Source: Corallococcus coralloides DSM 2259 (lineage in GTDB: Bacteria > Myxococcota > Myxococcia > Myxococcales > Myxococcaceae). From it: a stretch of DNA of 64,000 bases. The notes beneath the pieces were generated by a model. It worked only from the letters and a program-made list of their open reading frames with translations, was not told the origin of the DNA and did not search any database. How positions within the stretch are numbered: position 1 is the stretch's first letter; each line of letters opens with the position of its first letter. Both the position numbers and the translations under genes were made by a program. Below are positions 48,951-58,794 of this stretch, one piece after another. The stretch spans positions 6,358,328 to 6,422,327 of the forward strand of contig NC_017030.1 in assembly GCF_000255295.1 (NCBI RefSeq), in the 5' to 3' direction.

Positions 48951-50066
48951 ATGCCCGCGCCCATGCTCCCCTCCTTCATGGCCCTGCTCGGGCTTGGCCT
49001 GAGCGCCGCGCCCCCGCCCTCCCCTCCCTCCGCTTCCGCGGTGCTCCACGCGCAGTGCCGCACGCACGCGGCGGAGCCGACCAGGCCCTGGGCGCTCGCG
49101 CACGGCATGGACCTGGACGGGAAGGCCTTCCGTGCGCGGGATGGCCGCGCGGCCTCGGACGCCATCGTCGCGGGGTTCCTGCGCCGCGACGCACCCGACG
49201 CGGGAGGCACGGCCCGCTACTTCTTCGACGCCTTCACTCCGGACGGCACGCCCGTGGAGCCCCACCCTGCGCTCCAGGTGAAGACCTTCCTGCTCGCGGG
49301 CTACCCACGCTCGCAGGCGTTCCCCACGGCGTGGGGCAAGGTGACGCTGGGGGAGCTGGTGGGCTCGCTCCAGCGCGACTTCCGCCCCGCGCTCGCCGCG
49401 TCGCCGGACGGAGCCTGGGCGCTGGACGCGCTGTCACATGCGCTGAAGCCCGGGGACTCGTTCGTCAACGGCGCGGGGGAGACGGTGCGCATGGACGCGG
49501 TGATGGACACCGCGCTCGCCACGCTGGAGTCCGCGAACGCGGAGCTTCTTTCTGGCATGCAGGCGGGCCTGCCCCAGGTGCCCAAGAACAAGCACGGCAT
49601 CTACGCGCACCCGTGTGGCGGGCTCCACTTCTTCCAGGCCGTCGCGGGGTGGGCGCGCTTCCCCGCCGTGCGCAAGGCGTGGGGCCCGCGGCTGGACGCG
49701 CAGGTGGACGTGCTGGTGTACCGGCTGGGCTCGGAGGCGCGGCAGTACGAGGCCGCGCTCACCGCCGCGCCCGCGTACCGCGTCCAGGTGCTGGTCCAGA
49801 TGGTGAAGTTCTACGGCCACTTCCTGGAGGCCCTGGGACGCTACCGGGACGAGACGGGCTGGAAGCCCACGCCCGCGCAGGCCCGGGCGGTGGCGGAGGC
49901 GAAGGTCGCGCTGGAGCACGCCACGCAGAGGCTGGAGGCCACGGGCGCCTTCCGCGACACGGAGGCGCTGTCCCGGAAGCAGCCCCAGCTCGCCCTGGAC
50001 CTGGTGGGCGATGCGTGTCACGCGGCGCGCGGCTGGGACCTGTGGGCCTCCGCGAAGGCCCGCTGA
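48951..50066 (+). CDS. Hypothetical secreted protein (no recognised domain)
   Basis: Signal peptide MPAPMLPSFMALLGLGLSAAPP. Consistent coding GC3. ORF begins at 48924. Confidence 0.55.
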   Translation: MPAPMLPSFMALLGLGLSAAPPPSPPSASAVLHAQCRTHAAEPTRPWALAHGMDLDGKAFRARDGRAASDAIVAGFLRRDAPDAGGTARYFFDAFTPDGTPVEPHPALQVKTFLLAGYPRSQAFPTAWGKVTLGELVGSLQRDFRPALAASPDGAWALDALSHALKPGDSFVNGAGETVRMDAVMDTALATLESANAELLSGMQAGLPQVPKNKHGIYAHPCGGLHFFQAVAGWARFPAVRKAWGPRLDAQVDVLVYRLGSEARQYEAALTAAPAYRVQVLVQMVKFYGHFLEALGRYRDETGWKPTPAQARAVAEAKVALEHATQRLEATGAFRDTEALSRKQPQLALDLVGDACHAARGWDLWASAKAR

Positions 50067-50072
50067 CTCCCA

Positions 50073-51824
50073 TCAGGGCCCGTCCTGACGCTGGCCCCCC
50101 GGCTTGAACCGCAGGAGCCCCGCGGAGAGCGCCGCCTTTCCGGAGGCCATCCACCGCCGGCCCCGCTGCCGCGCGACCATCACCGAGCCCAGCACGAGCC
50201 GCTGCGCGCGCATCTGCAGCAGGTCCGCGCGCAGCTCCCTGGGCGTCACCGTGCGGATGCGGCCCTGCTCGTAGGCCTCGGTGATGGCGCGGCGCTGGAG
50301 CTTGCCGCTGCTCGTCTTCTGAAGCTGGCCGTAGCGGATGAAGAGGACGTCTTGCGGCGCGAGCGTCACGCCCACCGTCTCCAGCACCGACTGGCAGACC
50401 TGCTTGCGGCTGTCCTCCAGGCGCTCCAGCGCGGACGGGTGGTTCACCTCCGCCAGCACCACGATGCGGCCCTGCGCCTGGATGACGGCGGTGCGGCCCG
50501 GGCGGATGAAGCCCAGCCGCTCCACGGCCTGCTCGAAGTCCCCGGAGAAGAAGCTCTGGCCGTTCACCTTGATGCGGTCGTTGATCCGCCCGGTGATGAA
50601 GAGCTCGCCCTCCTTCTGGAAGCCCAGGTCGCCCGTGGCGAAGAAGCCGTCGTCGCCGCCAAGGGGCCGGTCGTCCAGGAAGTACGACGGCGCCAGGCTG
50701 CCGCCGCGCAGCTCGACCTCCCCCAGCTCACCTTCACCGCACAGCCGTCCATCCTCCGCGCGCAGCCGCACCTCGAACTCCGGCAGGGGGCGGCCCACGG
50801 AGATGGCCGGCTGGCCGTTGGGCGCGGTGATGACGCTCACCTTCTGGCCTCGCGCCACGCTCGCGACAATCAGCACCGTCTCCGCCATGCCGTAGCAGGG
50901 CATGAACACGTCGCGCCGCAGGCCGCACGGGGCGAGGATGTCCAGGAACTGCTCCAGGTTGGGGATGTTGATGGGCTCGCTGCCCAGGTAGATGCCCTGG
51001 ACGCTCGACAGGTCCAACCGCTTCAGGTCTTCCGCGTCCGCCGACTTGAGCGACTTCAGCGCGTAGTCGATGGCGAAGTTGGGGATGACGGAGCCCGCCA
51101 CCCGTTCGGTGGAGATGAGCTCCAGCCAGCCCATGGGGTCCATCAGGAACGACGCGGGCTGGGACAGCAGCAGGTCATTGCCCGCCGCGAGGCAGGTGAG
51201 CAGCCCGCCGATGAGCCCCATGTCGTGGTACAGCGGCAGCCAGCTCGTCACCCGCTCGTCGACCGTGCGGTAGTCGTGCCGGATGATCATCCGCAGGTTC
51301 GCGGCCAGGTTCTCGTGGGTGATGGGCACGCCCTTGGGGAACGACGTGGACCCCGACGAGAACTGCACGAACGCCAGCTCCCCGGGCGCCACCTCGCGCA
51401 GCTTCGCACCGGGACGCTTCGCGCCCGAGGGCGGCAGCGGCAGCCGCTCCAGGGGCAGCTCCAGCCCGGCCAGACCAGGCACGTCCAGCACCACCGAGGC
51501 GCCGTAACGCTCACGGATGCGCGCGAGGAAGTCCCGGTAGGGTCCCTTCGGCGTGCTCAGGATGTACGGCTTCACGGACAGGGGCACCGCGCCCAGCTCC
51601 ATCAGCCCCAGGAAGGAGAAGATGACGGACGAGGAGGTTTCGAAGGGCAGCACCACGCGCGTGCCCGGCGCCACGCCGCGCGCGCGGAAGTGCTCCGCCG
51701 CCCCTGCCACCCGGGAGGCGAACTCCCGGTAGGGCACGAACTCCGACGGCGCGACGAAGTCGTCGTAGAGAAACAGGCCGCGCCGCGGATCCACTGACTC
51801 CAACCGCTGGATGATGTCGAGCAT
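50073..51824 (-). CDS. Fatty-acyl-AMP ligase (FAAL)-type adenylation enzyme
   Basis: FVQFSSGSTSFPKG, WLPLYHDMGLIG, FATGDLG, KxxRR C-terminus. FAAL-specific insertion region present. No CoA-binding-type C-terminal variation. Confidence 0.8.
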   Translation of the reverse strand: MLDIIQRLESVDPRRGLFLYDDFVAPSEFVPYREFASRVAGAAEHFRARGVAPGTRVVLPFETSSSVIFSFLGLMELGAVPLSVKPYILSTPKGPYRDFLARIRERYGASVVLDVPGLAGLELPLERLPLPPSGAKRPGAKLREVAPGELAFVQFSSGSTSFPKGVPITHENLAANLRMIIRHDYRTVDERVTSWLPLYHDMGLIGGLLTCLAAGNDLLLSQPASFLMDPMGWLELISTERVAGSVIPNFAIDYALKSLKSADAEDLKRLDLSSVQGIYLGSEPINIPNLEQFLDILAPCGLRRDVFMPCYGMAETVLIVASVARGQKVSVITAPNGQPAISVGRPLPEFEVRLRAEDGRLCGEGELGEVELRGGSLAPSYFLDDRPLGGDDGFFATGDLGFQKEGELFITGRINDRIKVNGQSFFSGDFEQAVERLGFIRPGRTAVIQAQGRIVVLAEVNHPSALERLEDSRKQVCQSVLETVGVTLAPQDVLFIRYGQLQKTSSGKLQRRAITEAYEQGRIRTVTPRELRADLLQMRAQRLVLGSVMVARQRGRRWMASGKAALSAGLLRFKPGGQRQDGP

Positions 51825-51852
51825 TCGAGAAACCTCCCCTCCTCCGGGTCCT

Positions 51853-52770
51853 TCAGTGCGCGGGCGCCACCTGACGCATCCACGCGAGCACGCGGGGCAA
51901 CACCTCCGCGCGGGCGCGCTCCCCGCGCACCACGTCGAAGTGGCCCGCTTCCCAGCTCAGCCCCTGCGCACGCCCCAGGACAAACAGGTCCTTGCGGGCA
52001 CTGCCCAGGTGGGCCACCAGCTTCTCCACGCGCTGCGGTGACGCATGGAACAGGTCCGCCGCGCCCACGCCCGCGAACACCGGCAGCGTCACGTTGCCCA
52101 GCGCGCGCCAGTAGTCGGTCGCGCCGTCCGCGCTCCGGAACGCGCCCGTGGGCGCCCAGTCCGTGAACTGCCGCATCACGCCCGCCGGTTCGTCCCAGGG
52201 CCCCTGCCTCAGCGCCTTCGCCGGGAAGCGTCCCAGCATCCCCGCCACCGCGGCCGAGAAGCCCAGCTGGAAGCGCTTCTTGAACCCGCCGTCGCTGTAG
52301 TCGTTCACCGCCGAGGACAGCGTGCACACACCGGACAGCGACGCCTGGAGCGAGGGCTCCACGCCCAGGGCCGCCAGCGCCGCGTAGCCCGCCATGCTGT
52401 GGGCCAGCAGGAACAGCGGCCCGGTGTGACGCGCGCGCACGGCCCGCACCAGGTCCGGGATGTCGTGGCGCACGTACGTGTCGAAGCTCCAGTCGTACGC
52501 GCGCTTCGCGGGCCAGCGGCTCCTGCCATGCCCGCGCAGGGACGCGACGTACGCCACGCAGCCCGCGTCCATGAACGTGCGCGCGGCCCCGTCGCCCTGC
52601 CCGCCCAGGAAGAAGCGGCCGTCGGAGAACAGCCCCGGCACGAAGAGGACGCCCGGCGCGGAGTCCGGCGTCCCGGACATTCTCGCCTCCACGACGTGCA
52701 GCACGTGCTCCTGGGACGTGGGCACCCAGAGGTCCTGCGACGTGAGCTCCGGCTTCGCGTTCGTGCTCAT
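51853..52770 (-). CDS. Alpha/beta-hydrolase
   Basis: GHGRS, nucleophile elbow LLAHSMAGY. Confidence 0.75.
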   Translation of the reverse strand: MSTNAKPELTSQDLWVPTSQEHVLHVVEARMSGTPDSAPGVLFVPGLFSDGRFFLGGQGDGAARTFMDAGCVAYVASLRGHGRSRWPAKRAYDWSFDTYVRHDIPDLVRAVRARHTGPLFLLAHSMAGYAALAALGVEPSLQASLSGVCTLSSAVNDYSDGGFKKRFQLGFSAAVAGMLGRFPAKALRQGPWDEPAGVMRQFTDWAPTGAFRSADGATDYWRALGNVTLPVFAGVGAADLFHASPQRVEKLVAHLGSARKDLFVLGRAQGLSWEAGHFDVVRGERARAEVLPRVLAWMRQVAPAH

Positions 52771-53213
52771 GGAAGCGACTCCTCGACGGGAGCCACCGGA
52801 GCGCGCGCGGCGTCCAGGAACTGCTGCAGCGACGCGAGCGACCGCTCCCGCGCGTCCAGGAAGGCCACGCTCACCAGCGCCTCCACCGCCACCGGCCCGT
52901 CCGCCGCCAGGAACACGCGCTGACGGAACCGCGCGCGGTAGTGGATGCCGTCCGGCTCCAGCTCGTCCGCCGCGGGCGACTCCAGCTCCGTGCGCACCAC
53001 CACCTCGCCCGGGGGAATCTCCCGGCGGTAGTCCACCTCCACGCGCGACACCACGGCCACCACCGGCCCTCCGCGCCTCAGCCCCTGCCGCTCCAGCCAG
53101 GCCCAGCGGCCGGCCTCCAGGTACTCCAGCGTGGTGGCGTTGTTCACGTGCCCCAGGGTGTCCAGGTCATTGGGACGTACGCGCAGCGTGAGCGACGACT
53201 CTTCGAAGTGCAC
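52767..53213 (-). CDS. Hotdog-fold acyl-CoA thioesterase (4HBT/YbgC-like)
   Basis: VRPNDLDTLGHVNNATTLEYLE is a classic 4HBT N-terminal motif. Confidence 0.8.
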   Translation of the reverse strand: MHFEESSLTLRVRPNDLDTLGHVNNATTLEYLEAGRWAWLERQGLRRGGPVVAVVSRVEVDYRREIPPGEVVVRTELESPAADELEPDGIHYRARFRQRVFLAADGPVAVEALVSVAFLDARERSLASLQQFLDAARAPVAPVEESLP

Positions 53214-53252
53214 GGGGGGATGTCCTTCGGCTGCCGGGGGAGGACAGCGACT

Positions 53253-53618
53253 TCAGGGGGACGGAGCGCGCGTCACGATGACCACCGTCGAGACGAACCC
53301 TCCGCTATGCGACAGCGAAACAGCGACCTGCAGGCCCTCGCGCGCCAGGTGCGCCGCGAGCGTGCCGTGAAACCGGAAGCGCGGCGCGTGCCGGGCGTCG
53401 TGGACGAGCTCCGCGTCCGTCCAGAACCAACCGTCGACCGCGGGCAGCGCCTTGAAGAGGGCCTCCTTCGCGCTGAAGCCCGCCGCCAGGCTCTGCAACG
53501 GATCCACCGCGCGCTCGAAGTGGGCGAGCTCCGCGGCGGTGAAGAAGACGTCCGGCTCCCGCAGGCCCCGTGCGGCCTCCAGCTCCGAGATGGCCTGGAG
53601 GTCGTGGCCCAGGCCCAT
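53253..53618 (-). CDS. acpS: Holo-ACP synthase / 4'-phosphopantetheinyl transferase (AcpS-type)
   Basis: MGLGHDLQAI..., FSAKEALFKAL, VSLSHSGGF. This is the 121-aa real tail of the chimeric 359-aa ORF 53253..54332. Its ATG overlaps the upstream stop (TGATG). Confidence 0.7.
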   Translation of the reverse strand: MGLGHDLQAISELEAARGLREPDVFFTAAELAHFERAVDPLQSLAAGFSAKEALFKALPAVDGWFWTDAELVHDARHAPRFRFHGTLAAHLAREGLQVAVSLSHSGGFVSTVVIVTRAPSP

Positions 53619-54577
53619 CACCACCCGACGAGGTCCATCCAGGTGTCCTCCAGCTCCTCTCGCGACGTCACCGTGATGCCGGTGATGCGCTTGAGCGCGT
53701 GGAAGATGAGCTGCTCCTTCTTGCGCAGCGCGTCCGGCGCATAGAAGCCCTCGCGGTGCTGCACCTGATCCCACCAGTTGACGTGCGTCTCGCGGGTCTC
53801 CACGCGCTCGCGCTTGCTGCCGTGCACCTCGCCGCCGTCGCGCAGGAACAGGTGCGCCACCGCGAACGCCTCCTTCGCCTTGTACGCGCCGCTGTCCACC
53901 AGCGCCTTGGCGAAGGCGATGAAGTAGTTCATGTGCTGCACTTCGTCCGCGGCCACCTGCTTGAACAGCGCGCGCAGGCCCGGGTCCTGGACCATCTGCG
54001 AGCACTGGCCGTAGTCCACCGCCGCCACGACCTCGGAGATGGACAGCAGCGTGAGCGTGCGCAGCATGTCGTCGTCCGGGAAGACCTTGCGGAACTCCAT
54101 GAAGGTGGCGTCGGTGATGGGCTCCAGCCGCAGCACCGTGGACAGGCGGTTGAACGCCGTCTCGTGGTGCGCCTCCTCCTCGTTCCAGTAGCGGCTCCAC
54201 GTGCCGCACGCCTGCATGATGGCGGCGACGGTGGGGTTCGTCTCCTGCCACCGGCGGCACTCCTGGTCCGCCAGCCGCTCCAGCCGGTCCGCGCCCGGCT
54301 TCGTCGTCAGCTCCGCCCGCCCCGCGTTCCACACCATGTGCCGGTCGGCTTCGCCCACGTGCGCGAAGTCCACCTGGGCAAGCATCTCCACCACGCTCCA
54401 GCGCCGCGATTCATGCAGCCGCTGCTGCTCCCAGGTGATGTCCACCAACGACAGGCCCCGCCGGGTGAGGGCTTCGTACAACTCCGACAGGATGGCCGGG
54501 CGGCCTTCGCGCGGGAGGAGGGAGAGGGGAGCGACCGTCGCTTCTTCGTGCTCGAGGATGCGCACCAGGACGCTCAT
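53618..54577 (-). CDS. Ferritin-like diiron-carboxylate enzyme (acyl-ACP desaturase-like)
   Basis: Two ExxH diiron motifs (NEEEAHHETAF and ADEVQHMNYF) spaced as in soluble desaturase/R2-like proteins. About 320 aa. Confidence 0.6.
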   Translation of the reverse strand: MSVLVRILEHEEATVAPLSLLPREGRPAILSELYEALTRRGLSLVDITWEQQRLHESRRWSVVEMLAQVDFAHVGEADRHMVWNAGRAELTTKPGADRLERLADQECRRWQETNPTVAAIMQACGTWSRYWNEEEAHHETAFNRLSTVLRLEPITDATFMEFRKVFPDDDMLRTLTLLSISEVVAAVDYGQCSQMVQDPGLRALFKQVAADEVQHMNYFIAFAKALVDSGAYKAKEAFAVAHLFLRDGGEVHGSKRERVETRETHVNWWDQVQHREGFYAPDALRKKEQLIFHALKRITGITVTSREELEDTWMDLVGW

Positions 54578-54954
54578 GCCGACTTCCGCTCCGGGTTCGT
54601 GACTTCGCCCATGAACACCGCCAGGACCTTGGACACCGGCGTATCCAGGGACAGCGCTGGCAGGCGGACCCGCAGTCCAAAGTCCTTGCGCAACCCGTTG
54701 GACGTGCGGGCAAAGGCTTCCATCAGGTCCACGCTGTTGGTCATGCGCTCGGAGCGTGTAATCAACGCCGCAAGTGTGAGGTCCTCGGCGAACAACTCCG
54801 ACTCAGTGAGTCCTACGTTCTCGGCGAACTTCCGCCGGATATAGGACTCGAGCTCCTGCGCGTCGGGCACGGAATACCTTCCTTCCCAGGGCTTGAAAGT
54901 CGATTTTCCAGTCCGAAAACAGGAAAGATCTAACTGTGGCTCCAGAGCTGTCAA
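54574..54954 (-). CDS. Putative acyl-carrier-protein-like small protein
   Basis: ACP-like 4-helix pattern with candidate Ppant Ser in TNSVDLMEAF. Stop overlaps the desaturase-like start by 4 bp. True start uncertain. Confidence 0.4.
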   Translation of the reverse strand: MTALEPQLDLSCFRTGKSTFKPWEGRYSVPDAQELESYIRRKFAENVGLTESELFAEDLTLAALITRSERMTNSVDLMEAFARTSNGLRKDFGLRVRLPALSLDTPVSKVLAVFMGEVTNPERKSA

Positions 54955-55018
54955 TCAGCAACGGGTCACTTTGGATCCGCGCACGAACCCGCCCTCACAG
55001 GTTCGATTCACGCGTAAT

Positions 55019-56197
55019 TCATGCAATCAGGCGCGAGATTTCCTCGGCTGTGAAACCCGCGTCTTCCAGGATGGCGCGCGAGTGCTGTCCCAGCGTGGGC
55101 GGTGGGCGCAGCGGGACGTCGCCCATGCGCAGGGGCGTGAGCAGGTGCGTGACGCGGATGCCGCGCTGCGCATCGTCCGTCTCCACGAAGAGGCCACGCG
55201 CGCGCAGCTGCGGATCCGCGAGCACCTCGTCACCTTCCGCCACCGGCTCCACGCAGAACTCCGCGCCGGAGAGCTGCTCACGCCAGTGCGCCAGGGGCTG
55301 GCTCGCGAAGATGCGGGTGAGCTCCGCCTTCACGCGCGCGCCGTCCTCGCCGCCCGAGTACGCGTCATCCAGCAGCTCCGGACGGCCCAGCTTCGCGCAG
55401 AGCGCGCCGAAGAACTTGGGCTCCAGCGCGCCCACCGCGAGCCAGCGGTCATCCGCGGTGCGGTACAGGCCATAGCTGGGATAGCCGCCGTTGAGCGCCT
55501 CGCTTCCGCGCTGAAGCGGAGTGCCCTCCTTCCCCATGAACAGGCGCGAGGCCAGGTGCAGGTGGAGGAACGCCAGCGCGCCGTCCGTCATGGACACGTC
55601 CACGAAGCGGCCCACGCCCGTGCGCTCGCGCTCATGCAGCGCGGCCAGGATGCCCACCAGCGCGAAGAGGCTGCCACCGCCGATGTCCGCCATCTGCACG
55701 CCCGGGAACGCGGGCGCGCCACCGGCCTCGCCGCCGTAGCCCAGCAGGCCCGCGCGGGCCACGTAGTTGAGGTCATGCCCCGCCTTGAGCCGGTCCGGCC
55801 CCGTCTGGCCGTAGCCGGAGATGGCGCAGTAGATGAGCCGCGGGTTCTTCTGGCGCAGCACCGCTTCACCCACGCCCAGCTTGTCCATCACGCCGGGGCG
55901 GAAGCTCTCCACCAGCACGTCGTAGTGGGACACGAGGCGCAGGAGCGCTTCACGGCCTTCCGGCGTCTTGAGGTTCAGCGTGAGCGAGCGCTTGTTGCGG
56001 TGCAGCCCGTAGTAGAGCGCGCCCTCCCCGTCGCGGTGCGGCGGCATGTGGCGGGTGGCGTCCCCCACGTCCGGGTCCTCCACCGTGTCCACGGTCGCGC
56101 CCAGGTCCGCGAGCACCAGCGTCGCGTACGGGCCGGGCAACAGGCGCGACAGGTCCAACACCCGCAGGCCCGCGAGGGGGGAAGACGGCTCGGACAT
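55019..56197 (-). CDS. Family III CoA-transferase (CaiB/BaiF; alpha-methylacyl-CoA racemase-like)
   Basis: LAGLRVLDLSRLLPGPYATLVLADLGATV N-terminal signature, catalytic Asp region. Confidence 0.85.
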   Translation of the reverse strand: MSEPSSPLAGLRVLDLSRLLPGPYATLVLADLGATVDTVEDPDVGDATRHMPPHRDGEGALYYGLHRNKRSLTLNLKTPEGREALLRLVSHYDVLVESFRPGVMDKLGVGEAVLRQKNPRLIYCAISGYGQTGPDRLKAGHDLNYVARAGLLGYGGEAGGAPAFPGVQMADIGGGSLFALVGILAALHERERTGVGRFVDVSMTDGALAFLHLHLASRLFMGKEGTPLQRGSEALNGGYPSYGLYRTADDRWLAVGALEPKFFGALCAKLGRPELLDDAYSGGEDGARVKAELTRIFASQPLAHWREQLSGAEFCVEPVAEGDEVLADPQLRARGLFVETDDAQRGIRVTHLLTPLRMGDVPLRPPPTLGQHSRAILEDAGFTAEEISRLIA

Positions 56198-56287
56198 GGG
56201 AGGGGGCTCCAGGGGGAAGTGGAGACATGCAGACGGCGCGTCCCCACAAGGGTGACGCGCCGTCGGTACGGCAAGAGACTCAGAGGC

Positions 56288-56617
56288 TCAGGCCAGCAGC
56301 TTCGCCAGCTTCATGGCGAGGCCCATGTCCATCGGCTTGAACTTGAGCTTGCCCTGCATGGCGGCCATCTGCGGGTTCAGCTTGCCCTCGCGGATCTTCA
56401 CGAAGTCGTCGTTGCTGACGGTGACCGTCATCTTCGACGCGCCGTTGAGACCCTCGGACACCCAGCCCTCGGACTTGGTGGTGTCCAGCGTCCACTTGCC
56501 GCCACCGTCACCGGAGACGTCGAAGTGGATGATGGCGTTGATGTCCTTCGCCAGCTCCGGCTTCGCCTGAAGCTTCTCGGGAATCTGCCCCTCGATGATG
56601 TCCTTCGCGGTCGCCAT
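56288..56617 (-). CDS. SCP2 sterol/lipid-carrier domain protein
   Basis: SCP2 fold signature (INAIIHFDVSGDGGGKWTLDT...MQGKLKFKP). Start at MATAKDI. Confidence 0.75.
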   Translation of the reverse strand: MATAKDIIEGQIPEKLQAKPELAKDINAIIHFDVSGDGGGKWTLDTTKSEGWVSEGLNGASKMTVTVSNDDFVKIREGKLNPQMAAMQGKLKFKPMDMGLAMKLAKLLA

Positions 56618-56716
56618 GACTCGCTCCTTGGTATTCAGCGTTGATTGGTGAATCAGGCCTGCGCGGACCGTAGTGGCGCCCCACCGTCGGGTCAAGCACG
56701 GCCACGGGGTGCGTGC

Positions 56717-57232
56717 TCAGACGCGCGAGGTGTCCGCCGAGGGGTTGAGGGACTGTCGCACCATCGACAGCAGGTCGTTGAGCTCGAAGGGCTTGGCCAG
56801 GTGACCCATGGCGCCAATGTCCTTCGCCTTGCTGCCGACGTTGCGGTCCGCGCTGAGGACGATGATGGGGATGCCCGCGAAGTCCGGCTTCTGGCGCATG
56901 CGCTGGGCGAACTCCCAGCCGTCCATCACCGGCATCATCAGGTCCAGGAGGATGAGGTGCGGTGGGTCCGGCTCCAGGCGCTCCAGGGCTTCCTTGCCGT
57001 TGCGCGCACGGCGGATCTCGAAGCCTTCGGCCTCCAGGATCTCCGAGAGCGCCTCCAGGATGTCGGGATCGTCGTCCACGACGAGCACCACGGGTGCGTC
57101 AGCATGCTGTGCGTTGAGCGAGGTCAGAGTTGTCTCCTCGATACCGCTTCCGGAGATGGATCTTCCACCATCACTGGCCCCCCGGGTGCAAGAAATCAAG
57201 GGGCCCGCGGACGGAGCCGGAGCCCGTTGCAA
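56717..57232 (-). CDS. Single-domain response regulator (CheY-like receiver)
   Basis: VLVVDDDPDILEAL, LILLDLMMPVMDG (phospho-acceptor Asp), SADRN...K. The 50-aa N-terminal extension may reflect a misplaced start. Confidence 0.8.
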   Translation of the reverse strand: MQRAPAPSAGPLISCTRGASDGGRSISGSGIEETTLTSLNAQHADAPVVLVVDDDPDILEALSEILEAEGFEIRRARNGKEALERLEPDPPHLILLDLMMPVMDGWEFAQRMRQKPDFAGIPIIVLSADRNVGSKAKDIGAMGHLAKPFELNDLLSMVRQSLNPSADTSRV

Positions 57233-57290
57233 AACCGACAGTCACTGCCCACCCTTCCGTTGATTCGAGGCACGGCCAGGGGAGGTCCGC

Positions 57291-58349
57291 GTGACGTGGA
57301 TGGGGGAGACGCCTGGAGGCAACGAAACCGCGCCGGGGCTCGCGCTGCTGCCCCGCCAGGGGACACCCCGCCTGCTCGGTCCCCTGCTCCTGGACTATCT
57401 GGGACTGGAGGCCCTGCCCCCCATGTCGGCCGTGACGGGCATCGACGGGCTGATGGCCGCCGTGGGCTTCCGACGCAAGAACGGCGAGCGCAACCTGTGG
57501 GAGCGCCAGGACCGCACCCTGCTCGTGGGCGAGGAGCCGCTGGAGGACGGCGGACGCCTGGTCTGGGCGCTGCCGGTGCCCTGGAGCACGGAGCCGGCTT
57601 CACCCAAGGTGCCCCAGGCTTCACCGCCGGGCGAGCGCGTGGAGGACCGCGTGCGCTTCCTGTCGCTCGCGTCGCACGACCTGCGCGGGTCGCTGGCCAA
57701 CATCCGCTCGTACGCGGCGCTGCTGCTCAACGGGCGCATCCCGCTGGAGCCCAAGGCGCAGCGCGGGCTGGAAACCATCCTGCGCAACGCGGACCGGGCG
57801 CTCTCCTTCGCCCAGGACTTCTTCGACTCCAGCCGCGCGGACCTGGGCGCGCTGGCGTGTGAGCGCGAGCGCCAGCCGCTGTTGCCCATCCTGGATGCCG
57901 CGGTGGAGCGCACGCGGGCCGCGGCGTCCGCCGCCAACGTGGGGCTGGAGCTGGACACGCTGCCGGAGCTGCCCGACGTGACGGTGGACGCGGGCCGCAT
58001 CCAGCACGCGGTGGAGGCCTTCGTGCATCACCTGCTGGCGCGCGCCCAGCCGGGCGAAGTGCTCCACGTGCGCGCCGAGCGCCTGGGGCACCAGGTGCGG
58101 GTGGAGGTGCGCCGCGATGGCGCGGCCGTTCCGGAAGAGGACATCACCGCTGTCTTCCAGTGCGAGGAGCGCGCCTTCCGCGAGCGCAAGCTGGAGGATC
58201 CGCTGCGCGTCTTCCTGGCCCGGCAGGAGGTGGAGGCCCACGGTGGCCAGGTGGGCGCCCAGGCGGACGCGGGCGGCACCACCCTCTTCCTTACGCTGCC
58301 CTTATCGCTGCCAGCGGAAGTCGGGCATCCAGCGGGCTGGCAGGCGTGA
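57291..58349 (+). CDS. Histidine kinase-like sensor (HisKA H-box plus divergent HATPase)
   Basis: H-box FLSLASHDLRGSLANI. The ATP-lid G-boxes are poorly conserved. Confidence 0.65.
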   Translation: MTWMGETPGGNETAPGLALLPRQGTPRLLGPLLLDYLGLEALPPMSAVTGIDGLMAAVGFRRKNGERNLWERQDRTLLVGEEPLEDGGRLVWALPVPWSTEPASPKVPQASPPGERVEDRVRFLSLASHDLRGSLANIRSYAALLLNGRIPLEPKAQRGLETILRNADRALSFAQDFFDSSRADLGALACERERQPLLPILDAAVERTRAAASAANVGLELDTLPELPDVTVDAGRIQHAVEAFVHHLLARAQPGEVLHVRAERLGHQVRVEVRRDGAAVPEEDITAVFQCEERAFRERKLEDPLRVFLARQEVEAHGGQVGAQADAGGTTLFLTLPLSLPAEVGHPAGWQA

Positions 58350-58427
58350 GCCCCGGCCAGCGGAGTTGCTAGCGCGACCCACCTCCCACCGGTATGCTCC
58401 CCCGCGCATTTCGTGAGGAGCGAAGCC

Positions 58428-58664
58428 ATGGGATTGAAGCTTCCTGAGATTCTTCTGATTTTCGCGGCGCTGCTGCTGCTGTTCGGCGGCTCGCGGTTGC
58501 CGCAGCTCGGCTCGTCCCTGGGCAGCGCGCTCCGCAACTTCAAGCGCGGCTTCTCCAGCGACGAGGAGAAGGACGACGCGGGCGACAAGAAGACCGGCAC
58601 GCTGTCCGCGTCCACCACCGTGGACAAGGACGTCGCCGCCAAGTCTCCCAGCTCGCACGCCTGA
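58428..58664 (+). CDS. tatA: Twin-arginine translocase subunit TatA/E
   Basis: MGLKLPEILLIFAALLLLFGGSRLPQLGSSLGSALRNFKRG, the canonical TatA TM plus amphipathic helix. Confidence 0.9.
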   Translation: MGLKLPEILLIFAALLLLFGGSRLPQLGSSLGSALRNFKRGFSSDEEKDDAGDKKTGTLSASTTVDKDVAAKSPSSHA

Positions 58665-58794
58665 GTGCGGGTCCGTCCGGGTGGGCCCGGGAAGGCCCCG
58701 CCCCTGACGTCACCACATCACTGAACGTTCACCCGTGACGCCCGTACCGTGACCGCTCGAAAGCGGCCAGGGACGGGCGTCGGGCTTTGGTGCG

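Noticed and set aside
53253-54332. 359-aa ORF
   Set aside because: Chimeric. Only the 3' 121 codons (AcpS) are real. The upstream part overlaps the desaturase-like gene in another frame.
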